DNA from: Eledone cirrhosa
Taxonomy: Eukaryota
Direction of reading: 5' to 3'
Assembly (NCBI GenBank): GCA_964016885.1
Contig: OZ024755.1
Coordinates: 17,980,001 to 18,044,000 of the forward strand
Length of the DNA: 64,000 nucleotides
Part shown: one piece after another, positions 27,622 to 39,802 of the stretch
How positions within the stretch are numbered: the first letter of the stretch is position 1
Layout: each line of letters starts with the position of its first letter
Translations under genes and position numbers: made by a program
The notes under the pieces: model-generated
Seen by the model: only the letters and a program-made list of their open reading frames with translations
Database searches by the model: none
Told to the model about the DNA's origin: nothing

Positions 27622-27897
27622 AGTGAGCCAACAAATGAGTTGTACCTGTATCTGAAAGAGCCAGCCATGTCTTATACTGGTCCTCGAGAATTTACATTAA
27701 GTAGATATTTCTGTAGAATGCTCAGCCACTTGTGCGTTAATTTCAGGAGCAGGCTGTTCCATTGATCAAACAACTGGAACATCTGACTTTTATTTGTGAT
27801 AGGCAGGCAAGCAGACAGACAGATTGATAGGCAAATAGATAAACAGAGACAGATAGACAGATGATAGCTAGATAAACAGAGACAGATGATAGATATG

Positions 27898-28390
27898 TTT
27901 CTTTATTAGCCACAGGGGCACAAAAGAAGGGGACAAATACAAAGGGGGAAGTTTACATACAATAAAAACGTAAAATGCTATCACAAATGCAATTGAAAAG
28001 TTAATCGATTTTCCCCAATAGGGGGAGACATTACATATGGGTAACACATACTCCCGAAAAAATGTGCAACCCTCATCTCCAGGAGTACAAAGAGTTTGTA
28101 CCCCTTTCCTCAACCTACAGGCTGATATAGAGAGAAGGCCCATTCACTCGGGCCATTCTCGCCACTTTCATAAAACTTGCTGGGGTACAGCACCTCTCTC
28201 TCCACCCTGATTCTTCTTCCAAAGTGGTATTTGAAAAAAAGAATCAGTTGTTGGTCGGAGAGAAAGGTGTCCGACCTCAGCCCTTTCAACCTCGTCCACC
28301 ATATAACCTCTTTCGCCATAGCTATCACACAGAGGAGAACCGCCCCTCCTTCGTTTTTGAAGGAGGGTGGCGGTTTGATCAGGACAATGA
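27898..28390 (-). mobile_element. L1/Tx1-like LINE 3' end inserted in a GATA/GACA-type repeat
   Basis: AMAKEVIWWTRLKG...FFKYHFGRRIRVERE C-terminal motif followed by a 3' UTR; related fragment at 59025-59340. Confidence 0.6.
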
Positions 28391-28680
28391 CAGACAGATG
28401 ATAGCTAGATAGACAGACAGATGATAGCTAGATAGACAGACAGATGATAGCTAGACAAACAGAGACAGATGATAGCTAGACAGACAAACAGACAGATGAT
28501 AGCTAGATAAACAGACAGATGATAGCTAGATAAACAGACAGATGATAGCTAGATAAACAGACAGATGATAGCTAGACAGACAAACAGACAGATGATAGCT
28601 AGATAGACAGATGATAGCTACACAGACAGACAGATGATAGCTAGTTAGACAGACAGACAGATGATAGCTAGATAGATATG
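28390..28680. repeat. ~23-bp GATAGCTAGATAGACAGACAGAT minisatellite
   Basis: Directly visible; also present at 27810-27897 on the other side of the LINE. Confidence 0.9.
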
Positions 28681-28738
28681 TTAACTGATAGACAAATAGA
28701 TTGACAGACAAAATATACAAAAGGAAAACTGTTCTTAC

Positions 28739-28798
28739 CTGTTATAACACAGACTAATTTAGGTAGATTATTTCTTTCTTCACAAAAACTTTCATAAC
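28739..28798 (-). CDS. ALG1: ALG1 coding exon 9
   Basis: (S)YESFCEERNNLPKLVCVIT(G); TAG/GTAAG, 60 nt. Confidence 0.95.
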
Positions 28799-29544
28799 CT
28801 ACAAATAAACACAAAACTTATTTAGCATCATCATCATCACCACTACCATTATTCTACATCCACTTTCCTTGCTGACAAAGGTTAGACAGATTGTCATGGC
28901 TTGTGTCTAGACAGCTCAGAGAGACTACATCCACATCTGTATGAGATTACATTTTGTATGACTTCTATAGCTAGATGCCCTTCCTAATGCCAACCACTGA
29001 ATACACTGAATGCTTTTTTATTGTGGCACCGGTACTAGGAAGGTTTTCATACACTCAGCCAAGTTGAAGAGTCCTCTATGCTCTGTATTGGCACAATTAC
29101 CACATTACAGAGTGTACTGGATGCATTTTATCATGGCACCAGTGCTAGAAAGGTTGTCATATACTTAGCCAGTTTGAAAAATCCTCTCTACTCTATATTG
29201 TTTTCATTCAATCACCACCACCCCTACTTTACAGAGTATATTGGACATATCTTATCGTGGCACCGATACTAAAGAGGCAGAGTTAAGTAAATTAACTCCA
29301 CTACTATACTGTCACAAATGCTATTGACCTGAAATTGATGAGTTTCAATCACATTACAGTAATCTGCTGTTCCATTTAGGTTGAATTTGTTTAGCCAGAG
29401 CAGTGATAGTTTTATTCAAATATAAAGGCCCCCCCCCCCCCCCCCCACCCAAAAAAAAACCATGGTGATAGATACTCCCTCACACACATATACAACATAT
29501 CAATTTGAAAAAAGAGAGTATCATGTGACTAAAAAAATATGAAA

Positions 29545-29866
29545 GAATAAAAAATATGGGTAAGGAGAGGAAAATGAACAAATACAGACAGTAGTCCCAA
29601 TTCATCAGTTGACCGCTAGAGATATGTTGTTTCGATGCTGTAAGGTCAATACAACTGGCTCTAATATTGACCTTACAGCATCGAAACAACGAATCTCTAG
29701 CAGTCAACTAATGAGATGGGACTACTGTCTGTAATTTGTTCATTTTCCTCTCTTTGCCCATATTTTTATTCATATATATCTATCTATCTATATATATATA
29801 TATATATATATACCTATGTCATTGCTTACTAAAATGGCGTCAATTAGATGATCTATGGAGACAGAC
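29545..29866. mobile_element. Fold-back (Penelope-like pLTR-type) element with a permuted hammerhead motif
   Basis: ~105-bp imperfect inverted arms 29545-29651 / 29665-29771, then a TA tract, a short unique segment and more TA. Confidence 0.7.
29598..29655 (-). ncRNA. Hammerhead ribozyme motif with non-circularly permuted strand order (degenerate)
   Basis: GTTG-TA-TTGACC ttacag CATC-GAAA-CAAC (11 nt) GGTCAA-CTGATGA-ATTG; the partner arm supplies GATG for stem II. Confidence 0.65.
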
Positions 29867-29916
29867 ATATATATACCTATACCAAATGTCAAATAAAATA
29901 CACAAGCTTTACTTAC

Positions 29917-29955
29917 TGTCAAGGGCATCAACCAAAATAGTGAAATCTTCATCCA
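29917..29955 (-). CDS. ALG1: ALG1 coding exon 8
   Basis: (M)DEDFTILVDALD, conserved DEDF motif; CAG/GTAAGT, 39 nt. Confidence 0.95.
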
Positions 29956-30458
29956 CTGGAACAGAAATAACAATATTAAACATAGTGAGCTTTACTCTCT
30001 CTCTCTCTCTCTCTCTCTCGCATACATGCTGACAGACACACACACACTGAGTTTTACTCTCTCACACACACTGACAGACATGCACACTCACACACACAGT
30101 GAGTTTTACTCTCTCACACACACTGACAAACATGCACACTCACACACATAGTGAGTTTTACTCTCTCTCACACATTTTACATGTTTACCCATCTGTGAAA
30201 TGTTGTATATATTTACAAATAGAAAGAGGAGAAAATAATAAAAAATATATAAGGAGAAGGAGAAATAGAGAGAAGGTTAACTTTTAGCTGGACTCCATGT
30301 TGGCTGGCCAATATACTTTAGCTGGACCCCATAGACAAAGTATTACCATGGAGAACAGCCAGCAATACCCACTGCATCAGACATTCAACCTCAGGAGGCT
30401 CATTCCTCAGGCAAGATGCCCTCCCCCTGATTTAGCAGAGAAAAAATGGGAGTCTATG

Positions 30459-31610
30459 GACTGAGGACACTGGAGGTCTTGACAGTGACCATGACTGAGG
30501 ACACTGGAGGTCTTGACAGTGACCATGACTGAGGACACTGGAGGTCTTGACAGTGACCATGACTGAGGACACTGGAGGTCTTGACAGTGACCATGACTGA
30601 GGACACTGGAGGTCTTGACAGTGACCATGACTGAGGACACTGGAGGTCTTGACAGTGACCATGACTGAGGACACTGGAGGTCTTGACAGTGACCATGACT
30701 GAGGACACTGGAGGTCTTGACAGTGACCATGACTGAGGACACTGGAGGTCTTGACAGTGACCATGACTGAGGACACTGGAGGTCTTGACAGTGACCATGA
30801 CTGAGGACACTGGAGGTCTTGACAGTGACCATGACTGAGGACACTGGAGGTCTTGACAGTGACCATGACTGAGGACACTGGAGGTCTTGACAGTGACCAT
30901 GACTGAGGACACTGGAGGTCTTGACAGTGACCATGACTGAGGACACTGGAGGTCTTGACAGTGACCATGACTGAGGACACTGGAGGTCTTGACAGTGACC
31001 ATGACTGAGGACACTGGAGGTCTTGACAGTGACCATGACTGAGGACACTGGAGGTCTTGACAGTGACCATGACTGAGGACACTGGAGGTCTTGACAGTGA
31101 CCATGACTGAGGACACTGGAGGTCTTGACAGTGACCATGACTGAGGACACTGGAGGTCTTGACAGTGACCATGACTGAGGACACTGGAGGTCTTGACAGT
31201 GACCATGACTGAGGACACTGGAGGTCTTGACAGTGACCATGACTGAGGACACTGGAGGTCTTGACAGTGACCATGACTGAGGACACTGGAGGTCTTGACA
31301 GTGACCATGACTGAGGACACTGGAGGTCTTGACAGTGACCATGACTGAGGACACTGGAGGTCTTGACAGTGACCATGACTGAGGACACTGGAGGTCTTGA
31401 CAGTGACCATGACTGAGGACACTGGAGGTCTTGACAGTGACCATGACTGAGGACACTGGACAACATGACAGAGACCATGACTGAGGACACTGGAGGACAC
31501 GATAGAGACCATGACTGAGGACACTGGAGGACACGACAGAGACCATCACTCAGGACTGAGGACACTGGAAGACATGACGGTGACCATCATGAGTGACTGA
31601 GGATACTGTA
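30459..31610. repeat. 34-bp minisatellite, ~29 identical units plus ~4 degenerate units
   Basis: Unit GACTGAGGACACTGGAGGTCTTGACAGTGACCAT; explains the three overlapping minus-strand ORFs. Confidence 0.98.
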
Positions 31611-31777
31611 AAAGGTCAGTCAATGCCTGGTAGCATCATCATAGTTCTTACATCTACTTTTCATACTGGCTTGGGTTGGACAAGTTATCACGGCCCAAGA
31701 CCAGATGAAGTTTGAACTGAAAGAAAAATGGTTAATTTAATACAAACAAAATAGATTTTTGCAATGGTTCTACTTAC

Positions 31778-31896
31778 TAGTCCAACTTGTACTGCTGACC
31801 AAAAGAGCTGGCCGATCCTCAAGTAAACTCAGCTTTCCATCTTCATCTTTCATGGTAAATCGGGTTTTCTCTATTGTAGCATTTTCAGGAAATTTA
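31778..31896 (-). CDS. ALG1: ALG1 coding exon 7
   Basis: KFPENATIEKTRFTMKDEDGKLSLLEDRPALLVSSTSWT; RPALLVSSTSWT hallmark; 119 nt. Confidence 0.97.
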
Positions 31897-31931
31897 CTGT
31901 TAAAGAAAAGAAAAGATTCACCATCATCCTG

Positions 31932-32142
31932 TAACCCTTTAGCATTTACATTACTCTATATTCACTATTATATTTTCACGATAAAGGCTTTATCTCACAT
32001 AATATGGAATCTATGAGATTTTGATGATGATGATATTTATTTTGAGAATAATACCTTAATGTCAGTATGAGCAGCCGGTTTGAACAGAAAGAGGTGAAAG
32101 GATTCTGGCTGAATATGGCTGGTTTAAATACTAAAAGGTTAA
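31932..32142 (+). mobile_element. TTAA piggyBac-type MITE
   Basis: TAACCCTTTAGCATTT...AAATACTAAAAGGTTAA. Confidence 0.75.
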
Positions 32143-32894
32143 TGTCCGTTTCCCCTATATCCTATACACCACGACTCACTACCACTTTTCCCTTCCCACT
32201 ACCTCCCTTCTCACCATCCCCATCGCAAAGAAATTTTTTTCGCTTCTGCCACTCTCCACTCTCTTTGATTTCTCATTCTATCTTCTGATGAAGGACTAGC
32301 CTCCAAAATGTTAAGACTCTTTTCCTACTGTATCAAACATAAAACTAATAATATATTACTTCATTGTACTGTGTCACTTGCTTTATGATTTCTGTTTGCC
32401 TTTTGCTTATATATACTCTTTTACTCTTTTACCTGTTTCAGCCATCCGGCTGAGGCCATGCTGGGGCACCGCCCTATATATATATATATTGAATGACATA
32501 TATCTAAAAACATATCAAACATTAACAGGAGATAATTTTCAGTCATTCGCTTTTGAATTTATAATAAGAGCTCAGAATTATCTCTTTGAGCTTCCAGGAC
32601 AACCCGTCTAACCCATGCTAGCGTAGAAGAATGGACATAAAATGGTGATGATAATGATGAAACACATTGATAGTGTGTGTATGTACATATAAATATAAAC
32701 ACTAGAAAACAATCAGTTTTGTACTGTAAAACCAGGGTCAATTTCAAACATTCTCAGAGACCCCCACCATACACAGCTCTTCCTTATTTGTCACTGCTCT
32801 TCCTTATTTGATTATACAGCAAAAGAAAAATATATACAAATATTACAAAATAAACAGAATAAATTACCCCCCAAAAAAGGGGAAATCAATTTAC

Positions 32895-33005
32895 CTTGTA
32901 GCAAAAACTGGGTAGAATTTGCTCAACTCTAGATAAAGTTCATGTTTATCCTGCAAGATGGTCTCCTTAAAGTTATCAGGAGCACGATCATAAACAGTGT
33001 GTGCT
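32895..33005 (-). CDS. ALG1: ALG1 coding exon 6
   Basis: AHTVYDRAPDNFKETILQDKHELYLELSKFYPVFAT; CAG/GT, 111 nt. Confidence 0.95.
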
Positions 33006-33438
33006 CTGGAAAAAGTAAAAGAAATGATAGAACATCATCAACGTCTTAGCTGGAGCTAATAAAAAGAATTGCTCCTCAGAGCTTGCCATCTCCACACAAG
33101 CACACCCAACATACTCATCACCCTTATTGTGTCTGACCTCCCTCCCCGACACTAACCACTACACCCAGTCCTTCCTGATAAAAACGTCATCTCCTTGTTG
33201 ACATCTTTCCAACTCCCTCAATGCTCATGTCTTTCCAAAAGGAGTGGATTTGCAAAAGGTTTAAGCAGACCTTTAACAGCATCATTCTCTCTAGTCACGA
33301 AGGACCTGTAAAGGCTATGGGCACTGCCTTTTTTTCCAGACCTACCAAAAAAGATATTGCATGTAATAATATGAAATACACTTATGCTATTAAGAGAGTC
33401 AGCAAGTGTTGAAATTAGGAGTTAAGACAGAAACTCAC

Positions 33439-33528
33439 TTAATCTTCCAATTTTCATACAGATCTTTCTTCATAGCATCAGTAACGCACAAATTTCCATT
33501 TGCCAATCTGCCAAATGTCTTTTCAAAC
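33439..33528 (-). CDS. ALG1: ALG1 coding exon 5
   Basis: [29 protein letters not shown]; CAG/GTGAGT, 90 nt. Confidence 0.97.
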
Positions 33529-33639
33529 CTGCAAAAGTATAACATAGTTACCATTCTGTGATATTATATTCCACATTTAATAAGGTGGTGTACAATGTAG
33601 AGCTAACCTAGGGCTAACCAGGAAACAGCTCTGGGTACG

Positions 33640-33669
<30 letters not shown>

Positions 33670-33675
<6 letters not shown>

Positions 33676-33933
33676 GAAATGACAGGAGGCTGGATTTGTG
33701 TAAATCCTTGAAAGGTTTATTATACTATGATCAAAGTATAATAAACCTTTCAAGGATTTACACAAATCCAGCCTCCTGTCATTTCATTATAATATTTAAC
33801 TCCGTAATAGTACCACCAACTACAAAAACAAAGACGGTTGAAGTGCTTTACGTTGAGTACTCTCTATATTATTACATTGAGATTGACCATACGGAATTGA
33901 TCAGCTCTATCCAGTGGTGAACCTCAAACCTGA
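33670..33933 (+). mobile_element. Fold-back element: 122-bp near-perfect palindrome plus ~140-bp tail between TA tracts
   Basis: Arms 33670-33730 / 33731-33791 with one mismatch and no loop. Confidence 0.75.
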
Positions 33934-33941
33934 ATATATAT

Positions 33942-34004
<63 letters not shown>

Positions 34005-34006
<2 letters not shown>

Positions 34007-34345
34007 CACATGGCTTAGTGGTTAGAGCATTGGCCTTGCAATCGAAAGGTTGTGAGTTCAATTCTCAGAGCGGGTGATGTGTTGTTTCCTTGAGCAAGAC
34101 ACTTTATTTCACATTGCTCCAGTTTACTCAGCTGTAGAAATGAGATGATAGGGACTGGGTTCCCTATCATTCCACTGAAAAGTGGACGTGTAGGTGCCAC
34201 GGCAAAAAAGCACCCAGCACTCACTGTAAATGAGGTTGGTGTTAGGAAGGGCATCCAGCTGTAGAAATCAAGCCAGAATCAGTTCCCGTCCCACCCTTGC
34301 AAGCAGGGAAAAGCGGACATAAAATGAAATGATGATGAATGATGA
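34005..34345 (+). mobile_element. Full-length tRNA-derived SINE (family A) with RTE-like tail
   Basis: A box TGGCTTAGTGG, B box GAGTTCAATTC, (GAT)n tail. Confidence 0.9.
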
Positions 34346-34347
34346 TA

Positions 34348-34380
<33 letters not shown>

Positions 34381-34722
34381 TGACTCTGGCAATCTCTCAT
34401 AGGAATTCTTCCGTTTGTTTTAGGACAGAACTCCACTGAGGATTTACCCCGTTAATCTTAGACATAAGATCTTTCTAATCTTTTGGAAACATCAAATGAC
34501 TTCTAAATGCAGCAGTTGCAATTCCATTGGCTCATATAGGATGCAGTAATGAAACTGTTACAGTTCAGAGTAGTATATAGGTTGCCACACTAAGCCGTTT
34601 ATCCATTGATTAATGTATAGTGTACACTCTGACTTGCGAATTCATATCTACATGCGCTTTCTGTAAATTCATGGAGTGGATAGCTGGGCTATAGATAATC
34701 TAAACGTATAACATACTTAATT
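34381..34722 (+). mobile_element. TA-embedded element with a degenerate type I hammerhead
   Basis: Flanked by TA tracts; CTGAGGA at 34436, GAAA-CTG-TTA-CAG-TT at 34551-34565. Confidence 0.5.
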
Positions 34723-35111
34723 ATATATATATATATAGTATACAAGTTATTGAAACATATTTACAGGTTGTCAAACAGGCTGACAGACTATTCAACAACA
34801 GCAACAACTACATATATAAACAATGAAAATAGAAACAAACTGGTTGATAGCAAGAAATGAAGTTAGGAATTGTATACTGATAAAATCAATAAAGTTTGGA
34901 ATTATGACAGAATATACATATCTGGTGAAAAGAATTGTAACTTGGTGTGGAAACCCTGCCAAAACTAGAATGTATGTAAGTGCAATGCTACCTTTGGTTG
35001 GTCTGACAGGGCAGTAACTCTGATTCAGTACTGACTTCCTTTCAACATACACACCAGCATGTAAAAATTAACTTTAAATGATGATGATATATATCTATAT
35101 ATATATTTTTT

Positions 35112-35441
35112 TCATTTTACGTCCGCTTTTTCCCTGCTTGCAAGGGTGCGACGGGAACTGATGCTGGCTTGATTTCTACAGCTGGATGCCCTTCCTAACA
35201 CCAACCTCATTTACAGTGAGTGCTGGGTGCTTTTTTTGCCGTGGCACCTCCACGACCACTTTGCAGTGGAATGATAGCGACCCCAGTCCCTATCATCTCA
35301 TTTCTACAGCTGAGTAAACTGGAGCAATGTGAAATAAAGTGTCTTGCTCAAGGAAACAACACATCACTCGGTCTGAGAATTGTACTCACAACCTTTCGAT
35401 TGCAAGGCCACAATGCTCTAACCACTAAGCCATGTGCCTCC
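35112..35441 (-). mobile_element. tRNA-SINE family A copy
   Basis: Reverse complement of 34005-34345. Confidence 0.9.
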
Positions 35442-35442
35442 A

Positions 35443-35489
<47 letters not shown>

Positions 35490-35519
35490 GATGATGATGA
35501 TGATGGTTGCAACTAGATT

Positions 35520-35930
35520 TCGAGTGATGCCATCGTTTGACACCTAAGCATGAGTAGCACAGATGTGACTTTTTAGTCATGCTAGGGACTTGCATACACA
35601 CACTGCAACAATGGAGGCCGCTCACAGTAGGTGTTACGGTCCTGTTTTGGTGCACTTTCAAATGACGTTTCAGTCCACCAACTGTGGCACACTCTGTACC
35701 ACACTCCCCACAAACAGAAATGCCATACAATGCACAGTTGACAAGGTATACGTGGCTTCTATGATGACTTTCAACGCCCACCCTACATATATATATACCA
35801 ACAAGCATTTTAAGGTCATTTCCTCTACCAAAGCAGGAGTTAGCTTTGCAGGATCAATGACATATTTTGGAAGCACCAACACATTTAGTCATTTCTTACA
35901 ATATGCAGGGATATGGTATACCTATTCTAA
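35520..35930 (-). mobile_element. Decayed LINE C-terminus with a C2H2 finger (RTE-like)
   Basis: VCGECGTECATVGGLKRHLKVH followed by a (CAT)n tail. Confidence 0.5.
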
Positions 35931-36167
35931 ACTGGAAACACACAGAATATATGCAAAAACAGCACCAGAAAGCAACATATTACAATAACAATACATTAGT
36001 TTAATGTTTAAAAGAAATAGTAAAAGAGTCTTCACGTTTCTGATTCCAGTCCTTCATTGATAAGGAAATCACAGAAAAAAGAGAGGATTGTTTTTTAGAA
36101 AGAAGAAAAAGGAAGAGAGGGGAAAAATATTGGAAGACAGAGAAAAAAAAACATGAATATTGCTTAC

Positions 36168-36316
36168 CATTTAGAAAACTTGACCAGTGGGTGTTGATGT
36201 CCAAGAGTAAGACCTAAAATACTGTAGCCATAGTTATGCCAGTCTATAATCACCTTTGACCGACGAATAGCAGCAACTAACCAAACAACAGCCAGTGTTG
36301 GAATTGATGGAGGGTT
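36168..36316 (-). CDS. ALG1: ALG1 coding exon 4
   Basis: NPPSIPTLAVVWLVAAIRRSKVIIDWHNYGYSILGLTLGHQHPLVKFSKW; NPP and IDWHNYGY motifs; 149 nt. Confidence 0.98.
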
Positions 36317-36665
36317 CTAGTAAAACAAAGTGTTAACAAATATTATTATATTAGTTATAAAAGTGTGTGGGTTTGGGTGTTCAGCTGACAATATTAAAAC
36401 TATGAGTTTGATTTTCAGTGGAGGGTTGTGCAGTTGAGTAAAATACTTTGTTTCACATTACTTTAGTCCACCACTTAGCTACCTGTGATTCAAGGAGTCA
36501 ACCTTATAACTCACTGAATCTCCCTGAAAACTATATTAAAGGTACACAGGTTTAAATGCTAAAGGGTTAAAGTAGTGATAGCTTAGAATGAGGTGATTTG
36601 ATAGAATCAATTTGGTTTGTGTATAGTGTTAGATTGGTGTGGAATCACTTATTTTATAATAGGGC

Positions 36666-36735
<70 letters not shown>

Positions 36736-37622
36736 AATATATATTTATATTTATTAAAATAACAGATTAAAGTTTAAGCAAAGAATCGAGCCCTCTTTGG
36801 ATTTTAGTCTTCAAATTTATTATTATTACTATATATATTTATATATATATGAGAGAGAGAGAAATAATAACTTATACAAAGTTACTGACAGGTAGATTCC
36901 TATAATATGTATATCCTTTTCTGAAAAGATAATTTTAGCTTTCTTTTCATTGAGATGTTTCTGTGTATCAGTGACAAATAAATTTCTGTATGATACATAT
37001 ATATATCATGATTTCACGTCTGCTTTTCCTTGCTTGCAAGGGTGGGATGGGTCCTATTCAGCACAGCATCTCTCCATTTGTCACGGTCCTTCATCATCTC
37101 CTCTGTGAGCTTTATATATAAAGGATGGATTCTCAATGGATTTTGGGGTGACAGGCTTTTTCAGACACCAAATTCACTCAAGACAGTGGTTGGCCTGTGA
37201 TTATAGTAGAAGATACTTTCCGAAGGATCAAACCCAGAACCATATGATTATGAAGTGTACTTCTTAAGCACACAGCCATGCATTTACAATAAAATCTGCT
37301 CCATTCCTTTAACCCCTTTTGATAAAAATAACTACCCATTTCAAAAAGTTTCTATTTAAATTAAAATTTTCCAACATAATTTCATACATAAACCATATAC
37401 ACAATTATTATCTTAGTAATGAAGTAATTAATATTTTAGTAAATTCCTCAAAATTCTTCATTAATTATTCGAAATAGAGAATATTTCTTTAGAAATATGG
37501 TCAGAAAAGGGTTGATCATGTAAAAAGTTAGAAACACGAAAATAGATAAACAAACAAACAAACAAAAATACAAGTCAAAGAATTAACTGATTTGAGAGAA
37601 AAGACAAAGCAATGTGTTTTAC

Positions 37623-37726
37623 CTGTAGTAGGATATGAGATGATTTTGGTGTGAGTAAGAGAGTGACAGACAATGATGTAGTCTGCCAAATTACCTTGGT
37701 AGCATATGACAACAGCCGTGGTAACA
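37623..37726 (-). CDS. ALG1: ALG1 coding exon 3
   Basis: LLPRLLSYATKVIWQTTSLSVTLLLTPKSSHILLQ; AAG acceptor, GT donor, 104 nt, phases fit. Confidence 0.9.
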
Positions 37727-39085
37727 CTTGAAGAAAAGAAACAAAAACACAGCAAATTAAATAGGTATTAAAAGAATACAATAGCGGATATACGGAGCCA
37801 AAAGGGGGTTCCTCCAAAGGGTCTTTGGAGTAATGTTACTTGATAGTGTGTATAGCTTGGAAATCAGAGAGCTACTCCAGGTAGAGCCGTTACTTCTCCA
37901 AACAGAGATCACAGCTCCGATATTACGGGCTTGAGGTTAGAATGTCTAAGGAAAGAATCGCGGGACAGATTTTGGGAACAAAACCAACCAGCAGGAAACC
38001 CACAGGTAGACCCTGAGCAAGATGGTTGGATAACATCCATGAACTCACTTCGTCTCACTTGAGAATCCAGCTGCTTCTGACGTGCTTGAGGACTCTGTCA
38101 CCACAACCCTCTCAGGAATAAGTGGGCAAAGAAGAAGAGATTAAATGAGATGAGTAAAATATGAATTGGCTGACTGTTAGAGAAACTAGAATGTAAAATA
38201 TATGGCCTAATGGTTTGGGTATTGGACTCGTGATCATAAAGTAGTGGGTTCGATACCTGAATTGGGCAGCATTATCTTCTGGAGCAAGATGTTTCATTTC
38301 ACATTACCTGTGGGGGCTTGAGAAACTTTCTATGAAAAGTAACCTCGTCATCATCATCATCATCATCATCATTCGTCGACTACTGTCGAGATGATGGATC
38401 TCATTCTCTCTCATGCCCCAGAATTCCGTCCCCATATAGTGTGGTTCCCTGAGGAACAGGAACCCTGGTGCAGTTAGTTGCGAAATCCATCACATGTGTG
38501 TAGTAACCTCGTAGTAAGCCAGCTAAACCTGCGGAAGGGTAAGCTATAAATAATTTTTTTTTTTTTTCACTCAAGTGTTACCCAACATTTGATGGGTAAT
38601 TCTGAGTATAATTCTGGATTACTTGTCCCAGAGGAAGGAACATGCAGTAGAGAAAGACCACGAAAAACATGGGCAGAGGTATTGAGAGCTGCCCTCAGAT
38701 CGCTGAAGCTCACAGAGGAGACGACGAAGGACTGTGGCAAATGGAGAGATGCTGTGCTGAAGTGGGCCCATCCCACCCTAGCAAGCAAGGAAAAGTGGAC
38801 ATATGATGATAATAATGCACTTTTGTGACTGAAGATAACATCAGGTAGTGTTACATAGGTAAAATATTTGAATTTTATTTTTGCAAATTTCCTGGTGGCT
38901 TATACAAAACAATAAAATGAATACTAATTTTGAAAATAAAAGTAGTTACTAAATTTAAATAAATACATATATAGTTTCATACACCTTCACATATATAAAC
39001 ACATACATATATACACACATATATACACACATATGTACATGCATACATGTAGACATATATATATATATATATACATACATATATG

Positions 39086-39125
<40 letters not shown>

Positions 39126-39374
39126 ATTACAGTCCACACTGTAAATGTGGTTGGTGTTAGGAAGGGCATCCAGCCGTAGAAAACCTTCCAGATAGTTCTA
39201 TGCGAGCGAGACACGGTCACCCGACCAACCTTGCCTCAAATTGGGACAACTCCCGTCTAACCCATGCTAGCGTGGAAGATAGACGTTAAATGATGATGAT
39301 GATGATATATACATTTACAATTTCTATATAAATAATTTCAGTAGTAGTCAGGTTGAGAAGCTGGTTTTACTTAC

Positions 39375-39455
39375 ATGTGGTTATTAAAGGAACTTCAGGC
39401 AGAAAATAAATGTTAACTTGTTCATTATTGGTTAAGTTTTGTAGTGGTGAAGAAC
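39375..39455 (-). CDS. ALG1: ALG1 coding exon 2
   Basis: GSSPLQNLTNNEQVNIYFLPEVPLITT; CAG/GTAAGT, 81 nt, phase 1-1. Confidence 0.88.
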
Positions 39456-39802
39456 CTGAAAAAGAGGGTTAATATGTTAGTTCATATTGTCAGTAGAGTG
39501 TTGGTAAATAATGATTTGTCTATAGGCAAGGCCAGCGCTATACAATAGGTGATCACCAAGGACATTCAAATCTTGGGGTGCCACACAAATTCTGAACAAC
39601 TTTGACAAAATTTCTTTATCTAACTAAAAACACAAAAACTTAGTAATATAGAGAGCAGGAAGAAGCCAATTGAATCAGCGTTAGCTAAGTTATTGATACA
39701 ATATTGTTCATTATAAATTATAAGCTAGAGATCATAGCTGTATTCAACAGTCACAACTGGGAAAAGGAAGCACTGATTGTAAAGTTGGCCTAGAACACTG
39801 AA

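Noticed and set aside
27387-27668. Poly-His and Met/Val-rich ORFs
   Set aside because: CAC/CAT microsatellite
30459-31458. Tandem hammerheads (each unit has CTGAGGA followed by a CACTG:CAGTG stem)
   Set aside because: No GAAA after the stem, and no stem I or III
30407-31565. Three overlapping 356-380 aa ORFs
   Set aside because: Artefact of a 34-bp unit with no minus-strand stop codons; lies in an ALG1 intron
34005-34080. tRNA gene
   Set aside because: tRNA-like head continues into a multi-copy SINE body
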